Origin: an uncultured Candidatus Saccharibacteria bacterium
GTDB lineage: Bacteria; Patescibacteriota; Minisyncoccia; Phycocordibacterales; UBA2100
Direction of reading: 5' to 3'
NCBI GenBank assembly: GCA_964654205.1
Contig: CAZZHR010000002.1
Location: forward strand, 65,800 to 129,799
Length of the DNA: 64,000 nucleotides
Under the pieces are notes generated by a model. It was not told the DNA's origin. It saw only the letters and a list, made by a program, of their open reading frames with translations, and did not search any database. The stretch's first letter is position 1. Each line of letters starts with the position of its first letter. The position numbers and the translations under genes were made by a program. Below, one piece after another: positions 57,928-64,000 of this stretch.

Positions 57928-59136
57928 CTACACCGTATCCTCAACGATGCCCCACTCGCCCTGCCGCTTCCGGCGCACCGCCATCACAGCGCCACCAGTG
58001 AGGAGCGCGAGTGCGACGGGAGCAAACCACCACATGCTCATGCCGAACGATGCGCTTGCGGCAGCGACGGTAGGACGCACCACATCCGTGGCCGATTCTG
58101 GTACCACCTCCACCGCTTCAGTTTCCTCGTCGGGGGCAGCGGGAGAGAGTTGCACGGACGCGCGAGATGCGGGCTTAGGCGCTACACTCGACTGCACCGC
58201 TTGGAATTCGCTCGGCGAGGGCGCTGACGCTGGCGCACTCTGTGTGGGCGCATCACCCGCTTTCATCGCGAGTACGCCGTTGGGGTACGCGAGCTCCGCC
58301 TCCGCTCCTGCAAAAAAGCCGAGTGTTTTCGGAGATACCCGCATCGACGAGCCGGCAAGAATGAAGGAGTTGTCGGGCAGAAGAAATTCGCGCATGAATG
58401 CGCGAATAATCCATGAGGATAGGTCGAGATCTCGATCTGCATGGTTCTCGATTATCACGCTTCCGTCGGACTCAGCGCGAAACGCCAGCCGCGCTGGTTC
58501 TGCTGTGACGACGATACGGTCGCTTGCGGACTCAATGTCCTTAGCAACGGAGAGCACGACGACGTATTTCCCAGGGTACTCATAGTGGTGCGTCACGGTC
58601 GCACCTTCTGCCGTACCCCCATCGCCGAAGTTCCAGTTGAACCGCACATTGTCGAGGGGCTCCTTCTTCTTATTGTAGGCGCGTGCGCGATACGTCGTGT
58701 GCGCACCGACGATGACGACTCTGTCCTCGCCCGCGTCGACGAAGACTGAGGGGTCTGGCGGCGCTACGTATGACGAGACGGGTGCAATCTGCTGTGTCGT
58801 CGCTGTGGTCTGGGTATTCGTCGACTGAGTAGTGGTCGTGCTGGTGTCGGTTCCCGATGTTGTCTGTGCTTGTGATGATCCTCCTGGAGCTTCGCCGACG
58901 GTGATGAGATGTTTAAAATTGTCGAAAGTCGACGGTCCGATGCCATTGACATTGATGATGTCCTCAATTGTCGCGAAGGGGCCGTTCGTCGTCCTGTAAT
59001 CGATTATTCTCTGGGCCAAGGTAGGCCCAATGCCCGGGAGAGTATCGAGCGTTGCGAGGTCCGCCGTGTTGATATTGATGAGCGCATGCGCCGGGAGCGG
59101 CGCAAGAAGCAATATGAGTGCGACAAGCCATCGCAT
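57928..59136 (-). CDS. comEA: ComEA-like DNA receptor: signal peptide, tandem helix-hairpin-helix, Thr-rich linker, PKD domain, lamin-tail-like domain, C-terminal TM
   Basis: INTADLATLDTLPGIGPTLAQRII...NVNGIGPSTF (HhH). FNWNFGDGGTAEGATVTHHYEYPGKYVV (PKD). SVIIENHADRDLDLSSWII (LTD-like). WWFAPVALALLTGGAVMAV (TM). Confidence 0.8.
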   Translation of the reverse strand: MRWLVALILLLAPLPAHALININTADLATLDTLPGIGPTLAQRIIDYRTTNGPFATIEDIINVNGIGPSTFDNFKHLITVGEAPGGSSQAQTTSGTDTSTTTTQSTNTQTTATTQQIAPVSSYVAPPDPSVFVDAGEDRVVIVGAHTTYRARAYNKKKEPLDNVRFNWNFGDGGTAEGATVTHHYEYPGKYVVVLSVAKDIESASDRIVVTAEPARLAFRAESDGSVIIENHADRDLDLSSWIIRAFMREFLLPDNSFILAGSSMRVSPKTLGFFAGAEAELAYPNGVLAMKAGDAPTQSAPASAPSPSEFQAVQSSVAPKPASRASVQLSPAAPDEETEAVEVVPESATDVVRPTVAAASASFGMSMWWFAPVALALLTGGAVMAVRRKRQGEWGIVEDTV

Positions 59137-59143
59137 GCACGGT

Positions 59144-59149
59144 ATTATG
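59144..59149 (-). promoter_or_regulatory. -10 box CATAAT 7 nt before ATG 59136
   Basis: The minus strand reads cgCATAATaccgtgcATG. Confidence 0.4.
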
Positions 59150-59198
59150 CGACACGAATCAATGAGAGAGTGTTTGACTATTGAATCGCTGTGGATTC

Positions 59199-61079
59199 TC
59201 AGTTAACACCCTTGTCCTTTGTATCGCCGCCGTTGACGACGCGCTGGAGCACTTGGTTGGATACTTCAGGATTCGCTTGTGACCGCTCCCCGGCGTGATT
59301 CTGTTGCATCTCTGTAGGCTTTTGATGCGGCGTCGCATGGCGAGGACCGCCCTGAGACTTATCAAAGCGTTGCTCACCCCGGCCATGATTGTGGTGCGGC
59401 TGGTGGTCGCGCGACTGCTGTTTATGCGCCTGCTTATCGCGCAATAGCTCGAGCGGCGAGCGAGCGGGTGCTTGAGCTGATGAAATACCCTCGGCACGTG
59501 CCTTTTCTATCGCGTCGCGAAGAGAGTTCCGTCCCGCCTCGGCGCGAGGTTGGGTTGTCACCTGCTCGCGCCGCGGCTCCACCCTGGCAATGGTCGGCTG
59601 CAGTACGGGCGCAGGCGCAGGTGACGGGCGCGACTCGCGCAATCTCTCTGCCGGAGAGATGCTCGGGGGAGGTGTAAAGCCACCATTCGGCCGATAGTCG
59701 CGCCGTTCTTTTTTTTCTTTTGGCGGCGGGATGAACTCTTCTTGCTTAGATTTTATGAGCTCCTCTATCTTCGCCCTTGGTACGCCGAAGGCGTGTCGCG
59801 ACGACATGATGACATCGTCGCGGTATGTGATGTTGGGCGGCTCAATAGGCGGTATGGTCTCTGCCGAAAAGGGCGGCGAACCCACACCATCTATCATGAG
59901 CGTGAGGTAAATCTGCCCGAGGCCGAGATTCACGAGGTCCTCCGGTTCGAACGTGGGCTGGAAGACAGTCTCGAGAACTTCCGCGTCGAATGGACCCACC
60001 CGGAAGACAATGAGCGTGCCGACGTTGCCGAAGACCGCGTCGCGGACTTCCTCTTCCATCTGCTCGATGTACTGGTTGGCCAGCGTGAGCGCGAGCTTGT
60101 ACTTGCGGGATTCTGAGAGAATATCGGCGAATGCCTCGTTCATCATCGACTGGAATTCGTCGACATAAAAGTAGAAGCGAGGCAGTTTCGCAAGACGCAT
60201 CGGCGGTTCGTCTGCACGCGACATCGCAGCAAGGTAAATCTTGACGGTGAGCGCCGAGCCGAGGAGAGAGGCGTTCGTCTCGCCCATGCGTCCTTTTGAG
60301 AGATTGACGATGAAGATTTTCTTCTCATCCATCACTTTGCGCAAATCGAAGGAAGATTTTGCCTGGCCTACAATGTTGCGAATGAGAGGGTTTGAGACGA
60401 ATTGGCCGATTTTGTTCTGGATTGCCGGCAGAGCTTCGCGTGTGTATGTGTCGGTAAAATTCGCAAATTCCTCCACCCAGAACGCTTTGACGATAGGGTC
60501 TGAAACCTTTTCAAGCACCGCATTGCGATACGTTTTGTTGATGAGCATGCGGTTCACGTCGAGCAGCGTCGAGCCTGGATACTCGAGGAGTGCGAGCAGA
60601 GTGTTTTGCAAGATATACTCCATGCGGGCGCTCCACGCGTCCACCCAGATGCGTTTGAGTGCCCCCATGAGACCGGAGACGACGAGGTGCCGCTTGTCAT
60701 ACCCCACGTCCTCCATCACGTTGAATCCAAGGGGGTATTCGGTATCAAACGGCGCGAAGTAGATGACATCACTGATACGCTCCTGCGGGATGAAATCGAG
60801 GAGCTTTTCGGCGGTCGAGCCGTGGGGGTCGATAAAGGCGATGCCTTCCCCATTTTGAATATCCTGAATCGCCATGTTCTCGAGCATGGTCGATTTGCCC
60901 ATGCCGGTCTTGCCGATAACATAGATATGCTTTCCGCGGTCTATCGCGCGGATACCGAACATTTCCCTCTTTCCCCGCGTGTGCGTCGATGCGAAGTAGG
61001 TGATTCGCCTATCGTCGTCGAACTGGTCAGGGTGGGGCTTGTGCTCGCCTGAAGCGTGACTGTCGTGGTGCTCAGACAT
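59199..61079 (-). CDS. soluble VirD4/TraD/TraG-like (type IV coupling protein-like) P-loop ATPase with a disordered His/Gln-rich C-terminus
   Basis: Walker A VIGKTGMGKST, Walker B FYFYVDEFQ, then LANQY...VGTLIVFRV. No N-terminal TM. The last 190 aa or so are low complexity. Confidence 0.78.
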   Translation of the reverse strand: MSEHHDSHASGEHKPHPDQFDDDRRITYFASTHTRGKREMFGIRAIDRGKHIYVIGKTGMGKSTMLENMAIQDIQNGEGIAFIDPHGSTAEKLLDFIPQERISDVIYFAPFDTEYPLGFNVMEDVGYDKRHLVVSGLMGALKRIWVDAWSARMEYILQNTLLALLEYPGSTLLDVNRMLINKTYRNAVLEKVSDPIVKAFWVEEFANFTDTYTREALPAIQNKIGQFVSNPLIRNIVGQAKSSFDLRKVMDEKKIFIVNLSKGRMGETNASLLGSALTVKIYLAAMSRADEPPMRLAKLPRFYFYVDEFQSMMNEAFADILSESRKYKLALTLANQYIEQMEEEVRDAVFGNVGTLIVFRVGPFDAEVLETVFQPTFEPEDLVNLGLGQIYLTLMIDGVGSPPFSAETIPPIEPPNITYRDDVIMSSRHAFGVPRAKIEELIKSKQEEFIPPPKEKKERRDYRPNGGFTPPPSISPAERLRESRPSPAPAPVLQPTIARVEPRREQVTTQPRAEAGRNSLRDAIEKARAEGISSAQAPARSPLELLRDKQAHKQQSRDHQPHHNHGRGEQRFDKSQGGPRHATPHQKPTEMQQNHAGERSQANPEVSNQVLQRVVNGGDTKDKGVN

Positions 61080-61085
61080 ACGGGA

Positions 61086-61091
61086 AGTATA
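61086..61091 (-). promoter_or_regulatory. -10 box TATACT 6 nt before ATG 61079 (leaderless geometry)
   Basis: The minus strand reads ggggTATACTtcccgtATG. The box lies inside the left arm of the 17-bp inverted repeat. Confidence 0.45.
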
Positions 61092-61194
61092 CCCCGTGAG
61101 ATAGGCGCTCCTCCGGTCTTTAATGCAAATTGGAGCAAAGCAGGATCGACCATGTTTCTAGGCTCACCCCGCACGCATATCTCACGGGGTATAC
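61087..61194. repeat. perfect 17-bp inverted repeat: GTATACCCCGTGAGATA (61087-61103) / TATCTCACGGGGTATAC (61178-61194), 74-nt spacer
   Basis: Read directly. The arms are exact reverse complements. Confidence 0.9.
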
Positions 61195-61195
61195 C

Positions 61196-61222
61196 AAGAA
61201 GCGTCCCTCAGGGACGCTTCTT
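61196..61222 (-). terminator. hairpin at the 3' end of the hydrolase gene: AAGAAGCGTCCC/GGGACGCTTCTT
   Basis: A 12-bp stem and a 3-nt loop that overlap the TAA stop. No clear T-tract. Confidence 0.45.
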
Positions 61223-62489
61223 ATTGCGCCGAGAGCGCCTGTTTCAAGCTGCTGTATCGATTCGCGGGATCCCAGAAGTACCACGAGGTGAGCCCTGCGT
61301 CGTACGTTGCGCGTGTCTGGTCGAGGATGTCTTGCGCGGTATACGTCTTGCCGTAATTAAAATCCTGCAGCCACGGGCGCAGCATCTTGGGGTCATACAC
61401 CGGTTTCTCGTACACTGCCGGCGTCGACGTGCCGATACGCGTAAAGGCGAGCGACGGGACGGTCGTCGTGGGCGCTTTGAGTCGCCGCACCGCTTCGGCC
61501 ATGGATTGGTACACGACTTTGTACGGGTCACTGTTCGGGTCACTCAGTCCTGCAAAGCCCTTGTTGTAGTGCGATGGGTACACCATGGGCGCGATGTAGT
61601 CGAAATATGGAAGCGCGCGCTCGAGCTGTTGGCCGATACCGAGGTCGTCGGTGAGCACGGTCGTGTAGCCAAAGAGGTCTGCGCTCATGACCGGCACGTG
61701 GCCGCCGTGGTGCGCCGTATCAAATCCCTTTACTTGCTTGTGGAGATACGAGAAGAATTTCTCCAGCTCGCCTGCCCGGTCTGTCGAGGGATAGACGATG
61801 TCGCTCATGACGCCGTCGGATGGCCAACGGACGTAATCGTAATTCAGTTCGTCGAAGCCGAGCTCGTAGCTCTCTCGGCTAAGCTCCACAATGTAGTCCC
61901 AGTGCGGCTCCGAATTGACCGCGATAAATGAGAGGCCCTTGTGGTCTTTCCATGGCTCACCGGGCCGCGCCTTCGACTGCACCGCTCGCTCAGGATGCAC
62001 CTTCGACATGAAGGGGTCTTGGAACACCGTGATGCGTCCTATCACGTAGATTCCTTTTTCATGGAGCGTCGCGATGAACTCGCGCATATCGCCCGCTCCG
62101 CACTTGGCGGCATCCCACGCTGGTTTCAATTCCTCACTCTCGGGCTTGAACGCGATGGTACCTGAGTAATCTTTTATATCGATAACGACCGCGTTGAGCT
62201 TCGTCGAGTCCAAGAGTTCTACAAGGGTGTTGCGGAGCGAGGGCGTCCCCACGGCGCACTGCGTCATGTATATCGCGTACATGGGCTCCGGCGCGGCCAC
62301 GTGACTTACGCGCGCCTTCGGAGCCTCGGGAATCACCACCTTCGGCGTACTGGTCGCACCAGCGCGGATAAATTCTGCCGACGGATTAGAGAGAGAAATG
62401 AACACGCCCGCCGCAACGACGGCGGGTGCCGCGATGCCGAGGAAAACGACGCCTATCCTCGACGCGCTCGTTCGTTTAGAGCTGGACAT
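61221..62489 (-). CDS. putative glycoside hydrolase, GHL10/DUF4015-type TIM barrel, signal-anchored
   Basis: LNAVVIDIKDYSG, VIGRITVFQD and GFDELNYDYVRWPSDG fit the DUF4015 pattern. N-terminal TM. Trimmed to MSSSKRT. Confidence 0.7.
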   Translation of the reverse strand: MSSSKRTSASRIGVVFLGIAAPAVVAAGVFISLSNPSAEFIRAGATSTPKVVIPEAPKARVSHVAAPEPMYAIYMTQCAVGTPSLRNTLVELLDSTKLNAVVIDIKDYSGTIAFKPESEELKPAWDAAKCGAGDMREFIATLHEKGIYVIGRITVFQDPFMSKVHPERAVQSKARPGEPWKDHKGLSFIAVNSEPHWDYIVELSRESYELGFDELNYDYVRWPSDGVMSDIVYPSTDRAGELEKFFSYLHKQVKGFDTAHHGGHVPVMSADLFGYTTVLTDDLGIGQQLERALPYFDYIAPMVYPSHYNKGFAGLSDPNSDPYKVVYQSMAEAVRRLKAPTTTVPSLAFTRIGTSTPAVYEKPVYDPKMLRPWLQDFNYGKTYTAQDILDQTRATYDAGLTSWYFWDPANRYSSLKQALSAQ

Positions 62490-62697
62490 GCTCGTGACGC
62501 GGTTGCGAGACGTTCTCGGTTTCTGGTCGGCGCGGATTCTCAATGTGGCCGTACCTCCTGCGCACTACGATGCCGAGCGCGATGACGAAAACGCCAACAG
62601 CAAAGAAAATCCACGTGTCCCAGGTGTTGGGAAAGCCCAAAAAAGGAAGTGCTGCGACGAGGACGCCGGAGAGCATGATGAGCGCATCGAGTGTCAT
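62476..62697 (-). CDS. small two-TM membrane protein
   Basis: MTLDALIMLSGVLVAALPFLGF...IFFAVGVFVIALGIVV. ATG 62697 has TATACT 7 nt upstream. ATG 62724, with an AGGAG SD, is the alternative start. Confidence 0.5.
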   Translation of the reverse strand: MTLDALIMLSGVLVAALPFLGFPNTWDTWIFFAVGVFVIALGIVVRRRYGHIENPRRPETENVSQPRHEHVQL

Positions 62698-62704
62698 GTG
62701 GCCT

Positions 62705-62710
62705 AGTATA
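62705..62710 (-). promoter_or_regulatory. -10 box TATACT 7 nt before ATG 62697
   Basis: The minus strand reads TATACTaggccacATG. Confidence 0.4.
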
Positions 62711-62768
62711 TAGCCACGCGGCATACGCTCCTAGTGCACAAACATCTTTATAGTCCTGTGTACCCCTC

Positions 62769-62805
62769 CCTCCCATGAGTGACCTCGTAGGTCACTCATG
62801 GGAGG
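62769..62805 (-). terminator. 16-bp perfect hairpin: CCTCCCATGAGTGACC/GGTCACTCATGGGAGG
   Basis: A 5-nt loop, 19 nt downstream of the rsmI stop. The arm TCACTCATGGG is repeated once more at 62806-62816. No T-tract. Confidence 0.5.
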
Positions 62806-62823
62806 TCACTCATGGGTGCGCTT

Positions 62824-63549
62824 TTATGCCGAGGACTGCGGCTCGATGATGACGACAAATTCTCCCCGCTCGGCCTTGCGCTTCTTCAGGTCTGCGGCGA
62901 GTTCTTTCGGCGTACCAGAGAGCATTTCTTCATGGAGTTTCGTGAGCTCGCGACCGATGTGCACTTTGCGAACTTTTACCACCTCAAGCTCCGAGAGGAG
63001 CTTCTGAATGCGGTGAGGCGACTCGAAAAGTACGACCGGGATGCCGCCCTGTGGTGAGCCTGGTCGAACCATCGCGGCGACTCTTTTTACAAATGTCTGA
63101 CGTCCTTTTTTGTGCGGCGCGAATCCAAGGAATGCGAACTCCGGCGACGCAAGCCCTGCAATCGAGAGCGCCGCGGTGAGCGAGCTTGGCCCTGGGATTG
63201 CGTCGACGAGTCCGCCGCCCTCGCGCACAAGTGCGACGAGGCGCGCGCCGGGGTCGGATATGCCCGGCGTCCCCGCGTCCGACACGTAGACCACATGCTC
63301 ACCGCTGAGCACGCGCTCGAGCACTTCTTTCGACTTCTTGCCCTCCATCGCCGCATCGAGTCGCTGGAGCGATTTTCTGATGCCATAGTGTGCGAGCAAC
63401 TTCGACACGACACGCGTGTCTTCTGCGTAGATAACACTGCACTCTTTCAAGTTCCACAGCGCCCGGAATGTGATATCGCCCATGTTGCCGATGGGCGTGG
63501 CGACGATAGAGAGTTTCCCCTGCTCGGTCTCCCTTGAGACTTCGTTCAT
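62824..63549 (-). CDS. rsmI: 16S rRNA (cytidine1402-2'-O)-methyltransferase
   Basis: LSIVATPIGNMGDITFRAL, IYAEDTR, VSDAGTPGISDPG and ESPHR are typical RsmI tetrapyrrole-methylase-fold motifs. Confidence 0.9.
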   Translation of the reverse strand: MNEVSRETEQGKLSIVATPIGNMGDITFRALWNLKECSVIYAEDTRVVSKLLAHYGIRKSLQRLDAAMEGKKSKEVLERVLSGEHVVYVSDAGTPGISDPGARLVALVREGGGLVDAIPGPSSLTAALSIAGLASPEFAFLGFAPHKKGRQTFVKRVAAMVRPGSPQGGIPVVLFESPHRIQKLLSELEVVKVRKVHIGRELTKLHEEMLSGTPKELAADLKKRKAERGEFVVIIEPQSSA

Positions 63550-63571
63550 ACGCAGACCCTACCACTGATAC

Positions 63572-63611
63572 AAAAAAGAGAGAAGCCGCGGCGCTTTCGC
63601 GCCGCGGCTTC
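63572..63611 (-). terminator. rho-independent terminator: 13-bp stem GAAGCCGCGGCGC/GCGCCGCGGCTTC, then TCTCTTTTTTG
   Basis: A perfect GC-rich stem, a 4-nt loop and a T6 tract on the minus strand, 19 nt after the 63630 stop. Confidence 0.82.
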
Positions 63612-63629
63612 GAGACGATGCCGTGATTG

Positions 63630-63872
63630 TTACTTTTTGCCCGGCGTTCCGAGCAGAAGCTCACCGTACTCGACGAGCTTGCGCCGATTTCGCGGCGTCA
63701 GGCCGTCATAGATGACCTGGACTCTCGACGGGGCGTGGTTCTCATGGCACTGCTTGAGCTGCCGCTTCGCGAGCCCAAGTGCGCTTTCAAGCGCGTAGAC
63801 CGCTTTTGAGGCGGAGCGGTCGAGCCCACGGAACCGGTGGGTCACCCTGCGGGTGATTTTTTTCCTTGGCAT
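63630..63872 (-). CDS. small basic hypothetical protein (80 aa)
   Basis: GAGGAG SD 9 nt upstream of ATG 63872, a promoter upstream and a strong terminator downstream. No family recognised. Confidence 0.55.
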   Translation of the reverse strand: MPRKKITRRVTHRFRGLDRSASKAVYALESALGLAKRQLKQCHENHAPSRVQVIYDGLTPRNRRKLVEYGELLLGTPGKK

Positions 63873-63917
63873 TTCAACGTTCTCCTCGCTTCCAGCCCCT
63901 ATGGCCGGTATGTTTGT

Positions 63918-63945
63918 ATTATAGCACACCTTGCGGATAATGCAA
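63918..63945 (-). promoter_or_regulatory. sigma70-like promoter: TTGCAT, 16-nt spacer, tgcTATAAT
   Basis: -35 at 63940-63945 and an extended -10 at 63918-63926 on the minus strand. Confidence 0.55.
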
Positions 63946-64000
63946 GTTCGCCCTATTCCTTGCCTTCGTTCTTAGAAATATGCGCAACGAGCGGTGGAAT

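Noticed and set aside
59199-61079. Conjugative type IV secretion system
   Set aside because: Only a coupling-protein-like ATPase is present. No VirB4, VirB6, VirB8-10, relaxase or oriT-like features are in the window, and the ATPase has no TM anchor.

Overview
A GC-rich, almost entirely coding bacterial window of about 60 genes, mostly on the minus strand, with no rRNA, tRNA or CRISPR array found. I infer a Patescibacteria/CPR-like organism, without a database check. The grounds are a split transketolase, a free-standing 23S-IVS-type four-helix-bundle gene, a PaaX/Cas2-fold regulator, type IV pilin and ComEA genes, giant surface proteins and a very large glycan locus.

Layout:
- 1-7.1 kb: a PfkB kinase, a SleB-like hydrolase, then a non-oxidative pentose-phosphate/glycolysis operon (split tkt, rpe, rpiB, gap) with a pilin gene embedded in it.
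- 7.1-22.7 kb: one-strand operons for secreted or membrane proteins. They include a 1375-aa LamG/SPRY/repeat protein, a 2145-aa protein built from phage-tail-fibre-like modules (GIGTTxP repeats, glycine-rich domain, C1q-like domain), a dedicated signal peptidase I, a RAYT-type tyrosine transposase with REP-like palindromes inside coding sequence, and a four-helix-bundle cassette.
- 22.7-28.5 kb: gatB, secA, an unannotated 23-codon polybasic ORF, a structured non-coding stretch and a small regulator flanked by a duplicated promoter/operator.
- 28.6-57.2 kb: a roughly 29-kb glycan locus with an O-antigen-ligase/TPR protein, at least 8 glycosyltransferases, 4 SDR epimerase/dehydratases, a plant-RGP-like (GT75) protein, a GT2/SMR/GT-C lipid-carrier module, a Wzx flippase, a B12-radical SAM enzyme, and an aminotransferase plus formyltransferase.
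- 57.3-64 kb: a ComEA-PKD-LTD protein, a soluble VirD4/TraD-like ATPase, a GHL10-type hydrolase, rsmI and small proteins.

The strongest candidate for a new system is the 7.1-22.7 kb surface locus, especially the excisionase-type HTH modules tethered by one TM helix to giant tail-fibre-like ectodomains. A recurrent -10 box placed 6-7 nt before start codons suggests widespread leaderless mRNAs.

All functions are inferred from motifs read in the translations. No searches were run.
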